From a virus (lineage: Duplodnaviria; Caudoviricetes), in the IMG/VR virus record IMGVR_UViG_3300025084_000071, positions 1 through 42,287 of that record: a DNA stretch of 42,287 bases; one strand, given 5' to 3'. The translations under genes and the position numbers were made by a program. Below are positions 16,889 to 26,194 of the stretch, piece by piece. Under the pieces are notes generated by a model. That model ran no database searches. It had not been told where the DNA came from and saw nothing but the letters and a program-made list of their open reading frames with translations. Every line of letters starts with the position of its first letter. Within the stretch, counting starts at the first letter, position 1.

Positions 16889-17062
16889 TTACTTAGTGTA
16901 GCTAACTCCTCTATAAACGCATTTGGGGTTACTTAGAATAGTAGGAGCGAGATGGGCCGACGTATAGTCAATGCCAGTTTTGGTTTTAGTCATAACCATT
17001 TTTGCTCGGGCAAGTCGAGCTTCCTTTTCCTGGCTTTTGCGAAGGATATTCAGGATGTTCAT
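16889..17062 (-). CDS. DUF4278-type small basic protein (downstream peptide), 57 aa
   Basis: MNILNILRKSQEKEARL...CVYRGVSYTK. The YRGVxY motif is typical of cyanobacterial and cyanophage DUF4278 peptides. Confidence 0.75.
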   Translation of the reverse strand: MNILNILRKSQEKEARLARAKMVMTKTKTGIDYTSAHLAPTILSNPKCVYRGVSYTK

Positions 17063-17080
17063 GTTGATTGGAACACAGTG

Positions 17081-17140
17081 TCTGGCTTCCCGTTGCTGAA
17101 ACCAGATCGATCTGCGATGCAGTCTTGCTGCATCCAACGT
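17081..17140 (-). ncRNA. Glutamine-II (Downstream-peptide) riboswitch-like leader
   Basis: 5'-ACGUUG-GAUGCAG(CAAGA)CUGCAUC-GCA-GAUCGA-UCUGGUUUC(AG CAACG G)GAAGCCAGA: two stems plus a CGUUG/CAACG pseudoknot, directly upstream of a DUF4278-type ORF. Confidence 0.8.
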
Positions 17141-17172
17141 ACTTTAGTCTACCTCTTGTAGTAATTATTGAT

Positions 17173-17628
17173 TCATAGCATTAGCAGCTCTCCCTTCTTT
17201 CTCACGATGATTCGATCGGGGATACCGTCCTGAAAAGGACTGGTATTGGACCCTGAACCGATTAGACACTCTTCTTCTGTTAGGAATACCCTGACTCCTT
17301 TAGGGATAACCCCCAGTCCTCCTGCCGCGTCAAGAAGTCCATTCAATCGTTCTCTAGTAGTGCGAGTTGGTCGTCCGGTAGAATCGAAGAATCCTCCATT
17401 CCTTACGGTAATACATTCTTCATCTAGTTCAAAGATAGAAGCTTGGAATAAAAAGACTTGAAAAGTAAACTTCCCAGTCCTCTTGTCTTTGTGGATAGAT
17501 ACAGTGGTGTTTCCTTCTTCTTTCGTAAAAACCTCAGGGTCACTACTTTTGATGAACTTGATAAGGTTGTTGACTGCAAACTGAGTCAATGGTCGATTCG
17601 AGCGTGGACGTGTCATTGTTTTAATCAT
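17173..17628 (-). CDS. Hypothetical phage protein (GRPTRTTRERLNGLL motif)
   Basis: 151-aa ORF; the TxTTxERLNxLL motif is common in phage hypothetical proteins. Confidence 0.7.
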   Translation of the reverse strand: MIKTMTRPRSNRPLTQFAVNNLIKFIKSSDPEVFTKEEGNTTVSIHKDKRTGKFTFQVFLFQASIFELDEECITVRNGGFFDSTGRPTRTTRERLNGLLDAAGGLGVIPKGVRVFLTEEECLIGSGSNTSPFQDGIPDRIIVRKKGELLML

Positions 17629-17817
17629 CTAATTGATTTGATTGGAGTTGTGGAAGTCTTCTAGCAACTCTTCTTGATTGCGTTCGTCTAACAGCATACA
17701 AGAGAACTCGTCCCTCAAGAATTTTAGCTCTTGGTAAACACTCTCTTCCATCTTTAGATGTTCAATGTGATGAGCCAAGACTCGGCATGCGTTTTCCATC
17801 TTCCTCATTCTGTTCAT
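17629..17817 (-). CDS. Hypothetical protein
   Basis: 3' part of ORF 17629..17889 from MNRMRKMEN; abuts the next start codon. Confidence 0.45.
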   Translation of the reverse strand: MNRMRKMENACRVLAHHIEHLKMEESVYQELKFLRDEFSCMLLDERNQEELLEDFHNSNQIN

Positions 17818-17924
17818 TGGTTTTGTCCTGTCTGATTTGGTTGAGAAGTTCCTGATATCCAGGTGGTATGAGGTCTGGCCTCTTGTCAAAGATAATAGAC
17901 CAATTGGTTCCGCGCAAGGGCGAT

Positions 17925-18269
17925 TCAGATTTCTTCATAGTTAGGCGGCTCTTGACTTGGCTTGTACCGCCAATACCACCAGTCTTTCTCCTCGCGAGTA
18001 AGGCGGAAATCATACATCACCAGGACTTGCTCCCAGGAGCTTCCCCAAAGGTCAAAAGCCTTTACAGAATATGCATGACATCGGGATGCTGCCATGTCGG
18101 GAACAAGCCTGCGTCCTTGCCGGTTCCATGACGGCTGCTTGCCTTTCCACTGAAGGGAGCAAGATGGCCAAGGCAGCTCGTTTCTGTCATACAGGATGCA
18201 AGCAGGGCCTTGCACTTCGTAGACAAAACTTCCTCCGGGAGATCTGATTCTTTTATTCGTGTTCAGCAT
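17925..18269 (-). CDS. Hypothetical Trp-rich cyanophage protein
   Basis: From MLNTNKRIRSPGG; LPWPSCSLQWKGKQPSWNR motif. Confidence 0.65.
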   Translation of the reverse strand: MLNTNKRIRSPGGSFVYEVQGPACILYDRNELPWPSCSLQWKGKQPSWNRQGRRLVPDMAASRCHAYSVKAFDLWGSSWEQVLVMYDFRLTREEKDWWYWRYKPSQEPPNYEEI

Positions 18270-18285
18270 TGTGACTAAGCTGTGA

Positions 18286-18531
18286 TTATGTGTCGTAAGT
18301 GTAGTCCGACAAGTAGACGACTTTTGTCCCATTGACCAAGATGCAAGCATCTTCTATCGCATCTTCAAATTCTTTAACAAACATGTACACCTCCTCAATG
18401 CTAAGAGAATTTATTTCCATGACAAGATTTTCTCCTTCGGAAAATTCCGAGGCTCGATCGCTGAAGAACTTGAAACGCGCTACAACACTGTCAGCTTCTG
18501 CGATCATTTTGTTAATCGTCAAGATATACAA
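18286..18531 (-). CDS. Hypothetical acidic protein
   Basis: 81-aa ORF downstream of the portal gene. Confidence 0.55.
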   Translation of the reverse strand: MYILTINKMIAEADSVVARFKFFSDRASEFSEGENLVMEINSLSIEEVYMFVKEFEDAIEDACILVNGTKVVYLSDYTYDT

Positions 18532-18586
18532 TCATACCATAGGAAGACCTGGCTAAGATCTTCCGTAAGTTTTTATACTTAAAGGA

Positions 18587-20101
18587 TCACAGGGTGTTCT
18601 CAATAACTTCGGCCTCTTCCTCTGCGTCTTGCTTAACTACGGGCTCAATATCAGGACTGATAGCGGGCTCCTCTTCGCTTATGCGCTGGATTTCATCAGA
18701 CACTAGCAAGTCAGGGTCGATGACTCCACCTCGCTGCAGCTCATCAAGGACCGTAACCCTAGACATCAAGCCATTGTTGTAAAGATTGACCAACTGAGCG
18801 ATCTCAGATGCCTCTATAGGCTTGCTGATCAAAGAATCATTGATAGCCAAGCCCGATTCTGCTGTAATTGATGATTGCTCCCCTGCATACCATGCCCATA
18901 GACGCATGACGACCCCAAACATCGCGCTTTTGTTGCGGACCAGGGCGGCAACACTAGATGTCACCTGAGAAGCCCTAAGGGACGCCTCGGTCGCAGTCTT
19001 AACATTCGCCCCGTAAAGGAAATTGAGAGAACTTCGATCCATCAACTCCTCTACATGCTTAATTTCTGACTGGTGACGCTCCAGAGACCGACCTGTAGGT
19101 TCCGCAAAAGTAAAGTCGCCGCCCTCAGCACTTAGGTCCACAGCAGTGTTAGGCCCCAAAACCAATGGAGCAGGTTTTCCGTCAGGACCTACTGGAGCAC
19201 CTTTACGAACAGGAACGGGCATTGCGCATTTGTGGAGCAGTTCGGCCAGGTCAGAGCGCATCTGGAAGTGCTGAATGCTTAGCTCGGCTAAGCCATCCAT
19301 TGGTAAATCTCCTTGAGCGAATCGATTAGTAGTGGCTCCATACCATACAACGGGAATGATAGGCAAGCTGGTTTCTACTTCGTCAATCTTTTGGTTTGAC
19401 CAGCGGTTTACGTCCGTCTTAACCATCCTGTATGTCTCAACTAGGCCAGGCGTCAGAACGTAATAAATAGGCTCAACCTTACATCCGAATTCTCCTTCGG
19501 GGTCAGGAGCGCTTCTTAGCTGTCTGACCGTAACACGATTTACTAATTCAATGCCTCGGTCGTAGCTTACATTCCAGTTGATAACATCTGCACGCTTTAT
19601 GCTCAGAAGATAAGGATGACGGCCATCATTCATTTGATCGAAAAAATTACCAGCTGCATTATCTGGCATCATGTCAACCATAATGTAACCACCCCCATCA
19701 CGCAGTACCATTTCGTCAACCATTGTCAGGAAGCTCTGCATGCTTGAGCCTTGCAGATCAACGTCGTCATCGTTGGATTCCATGCTTGGAGGAGCATCTA
19801 TAACCTGAAAACGGCTCAGCAGTCCTGCATAGGACCGGATTGAGTCCCTGTAGATAGGCGTATAGGTAGAGCGATCAAGGCGCGATATATAGGCAGGGTT
19901 AGGCTCTGCTGGTTCACGATGGAGATATTTTTCTTTGGCTTTCCCTAAGCCATCAGAGTTAAATAGAGTCCAGCAATCATGCGCCTGCTCTAGTTGCGGA
20001 AGCAGTCTAGTTAGCTCCGGGCGATGGTAACTGACTAAAGATGGATCATTGATTGGATGCTGGATTCCGTAAGACATAGCAATCGCTGCAATGGTAGGCA
20101 T
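18587..20101 (-). CDS. Phage portal protein (DUF4055-type)
   Basis: About 500 aa: KYLHREPAE..AY..RL.R...VDLQG...INW...IPVVWYG...LAELSIQHFQ.RSDL..LLH.CAMPVPV...KTATEA...SR.T.L.ELQRGGV. Start probably at 20101 or 20077. Confidence 0.85.
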   Translation of the reverse strand: MPTIAAIAMSYGIQHPINDPSLVSYHRPELTRLLPQLEQAHDCWTLFNSDGLGKAKEKYLHREPAEPNPAYISRLDRSTYTPIYRDSIRSYAGLLSRFQVIDAPPSMESNDDDVDLQGSSMQSFLTMVDEMVLRDGGGYIMVDMMPDNAAGNFFDQMNDGRHPYLLSIKRADVINWNVSYDRGIELVNRVTVRQLRSAPDPEGEFGCKVEPIYYVLTPGLVETYRMVKTDVNRWSNQKIDEVETSLPIIPVVWYGATTNRFAQGDLPMDGLAELSIQHFQMRSDLAELLHKCAMPVPVRKGAPVGPDGKPAPLVLGPNTAVDLSAEGGDFTFAEPTGRSLERHQSEIKHVEELMDRSSLNFLYGANVKTATEASLRASQVTSSVAALVRNKSAMFGVVMRLWAWYAGEQSSITAESGLAINDSLISKPIEASEIAQLVNLYNNGLMSRVTVLDELQRGGVIDPDLLVSDEIQRISEEEPAISPDIEPVVKQDAEEEAEVIENTL

Positions 20102-20184
20102 CGCGCCTAATATAAAAGAAAATAAGTTAAGCGTCTCGCTTCCCTTCAAATAGGATGCCTGAACCCTTAGTTCTGGTAACGACA

Positions 20185-20208
20185 CAATAAAAAAGCCCCG
20201 AAGGGCTT
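20185..20208 (-). terminator. Intrinsic terminator after dcd
   Basis: Identical to 16861-16884 (AAGCCC-TTCG-GGGCTTTTTTATTG). Confidence 0.85.
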
Positions 20209-20211
20209 AAA

Positions 20212-20712
20212 TCAACCTTTGCTCTCTTGAGCCCCTGAGTCGTTTTGATATCTGCCTGTCAAGGCATAAGGCTTTACAGGAGAACTGTCAAGCTTTGAGA
20301 ACCGTAATTGCCCGATACGCATGCCAGCTGCAAGAGGAATCTCCTTAAATCGTCTAAGGTTAGACAGCTCAAGCGTAACTCTACCGTGGAAGCCCGGATC
20401 AATGTACCCTGCCAATGCGTGTTCGTAACCTTCCCTACCGCGTGAAGATTTAAGTTGGAATACGGATTCCATTGACACGGGGACTCGTACCCATTCAGCT
20501 GTTGAGGCGAGAACAAAACAGCCAGGTGGCATCCAAAACGTTTGTCTAGAGATGTCAAATTCAGTGAAGTCTCCATGATCATTTTCAATTTTAACAATTG
20601 GACCGAGTGTGACATCAATTGAGGCTGGATTGATCATATCAGGATCAAAAGGCTCTACTAACCCGTTTTGGCGGCAGTACATTCTGATCTGATAGTCGAC
20701 AATAGTAGCCAT
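20212..20712 (-). CDS. dcd: dCTP deaminase
   Basis: NPASIDVTLG, KSSRGREG, AGYIDPGFHG..TLEL.N, GMRIGQL, GRYQ motifs. Confidence 0.93.
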   Translation of the reverse strand: MATIVDYQIRMYCRQNGLVEPFDPDMINPASIDVTLGPIVKIENDHGDFTEFDISRQTFWMPPGCFVLASTAEWVRVPVSMESVFQLKSSRGREGYEHALAGYIDPGFHGRVTLELSNLRRFKEIPLAAGMRIGQLRFSKLDSSPVKPYALTGRYQNDSGAQESKG

Positions 20713-20723
20713 AACGTTGATTT

Positions 20724-20924
20724 TTAATTCAGGTGATACTTCTTACGAAGCCTAAGGAACGCAGCCCAAGCATCTTCTACTGGGGCTGTATCGATTCCTC
20801 TTTTACGGTACTTTATTTGTTGCTGATACCAGATGAATTGTTGCCGAAAGTTACCAAGGGCTTGCTCCAAATCTTTGTGATCTGGATAAGTTACCTCATT
20901 TACGTGAGCACTGTTCCAACTCAC
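20724..20924 (-). CDS. Hypothetical protein
   Basis: 66 aa, GTGA overlap with the nrdJ stop codon. Confidence 0.6.
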   Translation of the reverse strand: MSWNSAHVNEVTYPDHKDLEQALGNFRQQFIWYQQQIKYRKRGIDTAPVEDAWAAFLRLRKKYHLN

Positions 20925-23221
20925 AGGCCGTTCCTCTCATCCGCTTCAGCCTTCGCAATACAAGCAGCGTTTGTACAGCCAGCAACTGATTCGATTGACC
21001 AATCCTTGGAGTCGTATGTGTTTAAAATCTCCAGGAAGTCTTGATCAGATTCTACGGCTTGCTGGATGGCGGAGAGTCTTCGGTAGGTGTCTCTATCAAT
21101 AGGCTCGAAGGGTAAACGAGGGAAAGTCCCACCACTGACATCAAAGCGAGCAAGAAGCGCGACAGAAATGTAGCTTTTGTCGTTCTTTGTGTCATTGTAA
21201 ATCAATTTAGAAAGGGTTTCGATTTCATCCTCTCGCAGCTCAATAGTTGCGGAAGTGTTGTGGTCAGTATAGTAATTTTGGACTTGCATATAGAGGCCGT
21301 ACTGAGATTCCACAGGCAGGTCGGCTAAATCGAAATCATCACAGCCGGGGATATTAGCCCAGCTAACCTCTGTTGGAATTTCAACCAACACTTCCTGAAC
21401 CCTAAGGTCAGAAATATCATCGAGCAAGTTCCCAGACTCGTCACGAGCGGATTGCGCAGGAATTACACTAAACCCTTTCTCCAAAAGAGTTGGGACCAGT
21501 GGATCTTTCACACCAAGAGTGATGCGACGAATGAAACGTTGGGATTTTGGGGGATGCCATCCAGAGGAAGCACCTGTCAGAAGACTTTTGGTTCCTGCGG
21601 GTTGAACGGTCGTGATTCGATTGGGCTTCCTGATGCCATGCTTTTCACAGTAGTCCTCAACGCCTCTCCTTGCTGCTCTTCTCCACCTCTGAAGAAATTC
21701 AATCTCGAGAGCTTCATACATAGCGCATGATCGAGTCCCCTTTCTTCCTCCCATCATCCACTCTAGCCAACCGAAGCCGCCAGCATGCACCATGAAATCA
21801 AAAAAGCCAGTGAAAGAAACGCCAACGATTGGATCGATCGACCGAGAGTATCTGTATCTCTCCTCCGCAAACTCGTGCTGGAGTAAGGCTGCAACTTGTA
21901 ATCCTGCAGCGTAGAACGCTTTTTCCTGGGCCTCATTGTCTAACGAATCAATGGTATTAAGATGAACTTCCGCAAGGTTACAGTGAAAATCACGCCCAAT
22001 GATCTCGCCGCAAGGATTAAGACCGTAGCGATCCATTCGATGATTCAACTCACGCTCTGTGAGCTGAAGGCCATCCATCTCGGCATAAGTCCTAATAACT
22101 CCTTTTGCATAATTGCGATGGCCACCAGTATCAGAATATGCTTTCAGGAAAGTCTTTTTACGATCAGCGTTCCGTAAAATGTCGACGTTAGCCCTGGCAA
22201 CCGCCTCAGGCGCGTACTGAATAGCCCCTTCTCCTGACTCAAACTGCATACGAACAGCAGCTTCAACCTCCTGATATGAAGGCTTATGGTGATAGCAACG
22301 AGTGTGATTAGCCATCCGAAGAGCCTCTTTCTTAGGATCTACGCGCCAATTCCCCTCTTCGTCTTGGGCGTAAAGGCCAAGTTTGGCAATCGCAGCTTCA
22401 TTGTCCGTCTCAGAAAACTGACGCATACCAGCACTGCGTCGGATATTCCCAGCGACGATGCAAGTAGCAGCTTCGTCGATCAATAAACAAGCTTCAACAC
22501 TTGTGAGTTGACGGCCAACAGCACCGTTGAGGATGTCTATTACCCTTCCGAACAATGATGGCAGTTTAACGGGATTGGCTGTTCCACCAAAGCCCCTGAG
22601 CTTCTGGCCGCTAGGACGGATCTGGGACAGGTCGACATAAACATTACAGTCTGTATCCCTTAAGACGCTGGTGGCCTGGTGCAAGAGGGCCATGTACGCA
22701 TCCTTCCATCCTTTTCGTGAATCACCTACACGAATATGGATGGAATTATCATCCCAAATACACTTGGTATGAGAAAGGCCAGCTACCTGACCGACCTTAC
22801 TAACAGATTTGAGGCGAAGGGTGCGAGTAACAGGGGGGAGCTTGCTAATAACGTGCTCTTCCAGTACGGCACCGGTCCCAGAGCCTTGCATCGCAAGGTC
22901 AACAAGCAGTCCAAACGCGGCCAAGTCCTCAATATGAGTCGAAGTACAGTTGTAGTAACCGCTGAAGTTTTCTTGTTTCTTGCTCCAATCTGTGCCTGCA
23001 ACCCAAAACGCTCGCCCAGAAGGGAAAGAATGTTGTGCCAAAGCTTGCTCTCTTACTAATGAATACTCTTCTTGAGAATATTTTCCGATTTCGGCAAGAT
23101 CATTAACTGTTCGGAGCATCGCCTCTTGGAAATTCTCGCGAGTCCCATCTTCTTTTCGGCGACTGTAAGTTCTGTAAAAAACGGTTTCAGCGGAAGGGGC
23201 AGTGGGTCGAAATTCTGACAT
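20921..23221 (-). CDS. nrdJ: Class II (adenosylcobalamin-dependent, monomeric type) ribonucleotide reductase
   Basis: FYRTYSR, PSGR, YNC, MQGSGTG, VAGNIRRSA, GLNPCGEI...CNLAEVH, TTVQPAGTKS and a C-terminal Cys pair (GCTNAAC). Confidence 0.95.
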   Translation of the reverse strand: MSEFRPTAPSAETVFYRTYSRRKEDGTRENFQEAMLRTVNDLAEIGKYSQEEYSLVREQALAQHSFPSGRAFWVAGTDWSKKQENFSGYYNCTSTHIEDLAAFGLLVDLAMQGSGTGAVLEEHVISKLPPVTRTLRLKSVSKVGQVAGLSHTKCIWDDNSIHIRVGDSRKGWKDAYMALLHQATSVLRDTDCNVYVDLSQIRPSGQKLRGFGGTANPVKLPSLFGRVIDILNGAVGRQLTSVEACLLIDEAATCIVAGNIRRSAGMRQFSETDNEAAIAKLGLYAQDEEGNWRVDPKKEALRMANHTRCYHHKPSYQEVEAAVRMQFESGEGAIQYAPEAVARANVDILRNADRKKTFLKAYSDTGGHRNYAKGVIRTYAEMDGLQLTERELNHRMDRYGLNPCGEIIGRDFHCNLAEVHLNTIDSLDNEAQEKAFYAAGLQVAALLQHEFAEERYRYSRSIDPIVGVSFTGFFDFMVHAGGFGWLEWMMGGRKGTRSCAMYEALEIEFLQRWRRAARRGVEDYCEKHGIRKPNRITTVQPAGTKSLLTGASSGWHPPKSQRFIRRITLGVKDPLVPTLLEKGFSVIPAQSARDESGNLLDDISDLRVQEVLVEIPTEVSWANIPGCDDFDLADLPVESQYGLYMQVQNYYTDHNTSATIELREDEIETLSKLIYNDTKNDKSYISVALLARFDVSGGTFPRLPFEPIDRDTYRRLSAIQQAVESDQDFLEILNTYDSKDWSIESVAGCTNAACIAKAEADERNGL

Positions 23222-23265
23222 AAACTAATTGCACGCAGGGGTAGTGTACCTGAAAATTGTACCAC

Positions 23266-23286
23266 AAAAAAGGGCCTAAGCGGCCC
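23266..23286 (-). terminator. Intrinsic terminator upstream of the nrdJ promoter
   Basis: Minus strand GGGCC-GCTTA-GGCCC followed by T6. Confidence 0.7.
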
Positions 23287-23420
23287 CTCTTACCTGTATT
23301 CGTGATTTGAGATTTCGGCTTCCTCTGTTGACAAATGATGCTGTAAATGTGCGTATTCGATACCTGTGCAAAGAAGAAGCAGAAAAAGGATCGACATGTT
23401 GACCATATTCAACATGGCGC

Positions 23421-23576
23421 TTACTTGCTTTTGAAGCTCTTAGCTAAGTTAGCTAAGTATTCTTCCTGCTGGCTTCCTAATGGCGAAGAATCGGTTTCGA
23501 TATACAGATCATCAGTTAATTCAAGATAATCGCATGGTTTGCAGGTGCAATTGCGGCAGCGGTGTTCCTTGGTCAT
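23421..23576 (-). CDS. 51-aa protein with an N-terminal Cys cluster (CRNCTCKPC)
   Basis: Below the ORF-track cutoff; co-oriented with its neighbours. Confidence 0.45.
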   Translation of the reverse strand: MTKEHRCRNCTCKPCDYLELTDDLYIETDSSPLGSQQEEYLANLAKSFKSK

Positions 23577-23617
23577 GATTCAGAAGATGATTAATGGTTT
23601 CAATACAAAAAACGAAT

Positions 23618-23749
23618 TCATTTACCTTGCCCTTTGTATGGTTTCTGACTTTTGACATCAAAGCTTCCGCTTTTGCGATTTCCATTGCCAATGGAAGTTT
23701 TCTTTTTAGGTCCAGGCTTGTGGTTAGACGTATTGGAGTAAAGTGCCAC
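23618..23749 (-). CDS. Small basic protein ending K.YKGQGK
   Basis: 43 aa from GTG; the KKT.IG.G...KxYxGQG pattern is common in marine phages. Confidence 0.6.
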   Translation of the reverse strand: MALYSNTSNHKPGPKKKTSIGNGNRKSGSFDVKSQKPYKGQGK

Positions 23750-23777
23750 GAGATGAAGGTGATTGTTTTCTAGTATA

Positions 23778-24038
23778 TCAGTCGAGAGGCTCTCTGTCCC
23801 AGATGTCAACAAATCGAAACGGGCCAGGCTCTGGGAAGTTCGACTCTCGACACAGCGCCTTTAGTGAATGGTACATTCTCCAAGCCATGTATTTCATTTT
23901 GTAATTGACATAATAAATCTGAATCTTCATGGATGCAGATCTTAGAGCATTAGCTGTTTCTTCCGGCCAAAGGGCAAAAGAACAGACAAAAAGGACTAAA
24001 AGGAGATAGGATCCATACATTGGTTGATACCGAGACAA
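23778..24038 (-). CDS. Hypothetical protein with a hydrophobic N-terminus
   Basis: 86-aa ORF. Confidence 0.55.
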   Translation of the reverse strand: MSRYQPMYGSYLLLVLFVCSFALWPEETANALRSASMKIQIYYVNYKMKYMAWRMYHSLKALCRESNFPEPGPFRFVDIWDREPLD

Positions 24039-24060
24039 GTCGAAATAAATAGGTACTATC

Positions 24061-24708
24061 TCATATCACAGAATGCCAATTCTTCCTGATCGCCTGTAGA
24101 GTGCCTCTGAGCTCTGCTCTCGTTATAGAGGCACGATTGCCTGCAATGTTGTCGTAATAGCCGCGTCCATTCCGATACTCGACGGAAGCCCACTCTCTGG
24201 CCATTTCGTCCATTGCCCAGTTCAAAGAGTTATGTTCTCCCTTAAGATACTGCCCAATAGCTGGACGTTTATACAAGATCAAGGATGCCATCAGTTTGTC
24301 TTGGATTTCTGGTGTTAGTTTGTCGAAAACACTAACACTTGAGTACTTAACCGCAAATAGAAAAGTTGATGGGATTAGCTGATACCTTCCCACAGCATGT
24401 AACCAACTTTTTTGGTAGGAAATAACCTGTCCAACAGTGTAATCTTCAAAAGATAAACCCGTCAGAGTTTGTATTCCACCAGGAGTGTCTCCAGCATATC
24501 CTCTGTTGACGGAGTTGTAGTCACCTTCCCCTCTAGCGACAAGGTCAGCAAGAGGACTTAGCTTTACGTGAACAGGTAGGTAGGCAGGGTTGAGGCAAAA
24601 GGCAGAAGTCTCCCCCTCTTTTTTGATTTCTTTTGCAGGCGAAGCCAATGATCCTCTAATAGGCATGGCGAGCAAAAAGACCGAAGTCAGAATCAGAAGT
24701 GAATTCAT
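24061..24708 (-). CDS. Lysozyme-like muramidase / transglycosylase with an N-terminal signal-like segment
   Basis: GEGDYNSVN...AVGRYQLIPSTF...QDKL...AREWAS motifs of lambda-lysozyme-like enzymes. Confidence 0.8.
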   Translation of the reverse strand: MNSLLILTSVFLLAMPIRGSLASPAKEIKKEGETSAFCLNPAYLPVHVKLSPLADLVARGEGDYNSVNRGYAGDTPGGIQTLTGLSFEDYTVGQVISYQKSWLHAVGRYQLIPSTFLFAVKYSSVSVFDKLTPEIQDKLMASLILYKRPAIGQYLKGEHNSLNWAMDEMAREWASVEYRNGRGYYDNIAGNRASITRAELRGTLQAIRKNWHSVI

Positions 24709-24713
24709 TAATG

Positions 24714-24920
24714 TTAAAGATTACGGCAATAAGCGATCAATTCGGTGTAGCCACCTACAGGTTCGCCATCTATTTCGATATATGGAACAGTTGGATGAGC
24801 CTCAACTTTTCCGCATATCTCTGTGTAGTTTACCTCTAACAGTGAAAACAACTGCTTGGCTTTGTCACACCACTTGCAATTTGGCAAAGTGTAGATGTAG
24901 ACGTTCTTCATAAAAATCAA
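24714..24920 (-). CDS. Glutaredoxin
   Basis: IYT..NCKWCDKAK...TVPYI.IDGE.VGGYTEL. Confidence 0.9.
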   Translation of the reverse strand: MIFMKNVYIYTLPNCKWCDKAKQLFSLLEVNYTEICGKVEAHPTVPYIEIDGEPVGGYTELIAYCRNL

Positions 24921-26194
24921 ACGATAACGCGAATAATTGTTTCAGGTTTTGTCATTGCTTCGTGCGCAGTATCCGCACTTCGAGCTCCGTGGTTGTTTAG
25001 TTCTTCAATGATATCATAGCCTTCAACGTGCGCAACCTCTTGAAGATCACATTTTACCCCATCAAGTCCGTTAACAGTTACGATGTGAATGTTCTGAGCT
25101 GCTTTCGAAGCAAAATTCAAGGCCTTTTCCGAGTAGGAATTAGACCCAACAAGACTAGCATTTCTAGAAACATAGTCAGAGACAATAGTGCTATGGATGT
25201 GACCACAAAGGACATGAGTGATGTTGATTCCTTTGGACGCATATTTGCCGATCATAGCCTGAACTGCTTTTTGATCGGTGGCATTGAGCTGATGCCCATG
25301 AATCCCTAAGAATACTTGATTATGAATGCGAAAGACTACCTCGTTAGCTTCAAAATCATGGAAACGCATACCCTTGTCTTTGGTCGCCTCAAAAAGCGCT
25401 TGCAACATACTATAGATAGTAAAGTCATAACTATCAGTAGCTACTACATCAACCCAACCGAGATTATCCTTGACACGAGACTCGTTGCCGGTAACCCCAA
25501 AACAATCAACAAAAAAATCTGACCTAAGATCCAGCAAGAACTGTTTGTACAAATGAACTGCTAACAGCGTAGCTCTAGCTCTGTTAGTACTCATGGCCAG
25601 TAACTCATCCAGTCGTCGATCACTATTCATAAGGTCGCCTCCAAAGAAAACCACTACTCTTTGCGATTTATGAGCTTTACCTTGAAGCTTGATCTTTTCA
25701 GCTAATAATTTAAGGCGTTTGGCTGCTACCTCGAAATCAAACCTGTTGGTGGGGAGATTTACAAGCTCGTTAAAGTGGTTATCAGAAAGGTGCGCGACTA
25801 CCACGGATGCAGATGGATCAAAAATAGAGCTGAATTTTGGAGATTCAGATAATTTTTCTCCGTGTTTTTGAAGTTCTTCAAGAATTGCTTCACTATAAGA
25901 AGAGACTGCATTTTCTAAACGAGCATGATCTCTAAATGATTTACTTTGAATTCGATGCTTATCAGACAGTTGTTGATTTTGCTTAGCCAGTCGAACTGTT
26001 TCCGCAATCATCTCAAGATCAGGCTCTACCATTGTCAACTCGGTTTTAATGTAAGACCTGAGCTGATTCGGCTTTGCTAAGTATGGATACTTAGAATGAA
26101 GAGCGTTTGCTGCGCCTAGATAGGACCCATGTTCTTCGTAAAACGCTAAAACTTCTTCCTTTAAATGGCTAATCGGAGTCAGACTCATCGTCAC
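24917..26194 (-). CDS. Calcineurin-like metallophosphoesterase with a helical N-terminal domain
   Basis: SDNH, GGDLM, GNE, IHGH and CGHIH motifs. Confidence 0.8.
   Translation of the reverse strand: MTMSLTPISHLKEEVLAFYEEHGSYLGAANALHSKYPYLAKPNQLRSYIKTELTMVEPDLEMIAETVRLAKQNQQLSDKHRIQSKSFRDHARLENAVSSYSEAILEELQKHGEKLSESPKFSSIFDPSASVVVAHLSDNHFNELVNLPTNRFDFEVAAKRLKLLAEKIKLQGKAHKSQRVVVFFGGDLMNSDRRLDELLAMSTNRARATLLAVHLYKQFLLDLRSDFFVDCFGVTGNESRVKDNLGWVDVVATDSYDFTIYSMLQALFEATKDKGMRFHDFEANEVVFRIHNQVFLGIHGHQLNATDQKAVQAMIGKYASKGINITHVLCGHIHSTIVSDYVSRNASLVGSNSYSEKALNFASKAAQNIHIVTVNGLDGVKCDLQEVAHVEGYDIIEELNNHGARSADTAHEAMTKPETIIRVIV

Noticed and set aside
17063-17137. Upstream start at 17137 for the DUF4278 ORF
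   Set aside because: It lies inside the riboswitch stem; ATG 17062 matches the family N-terminus.
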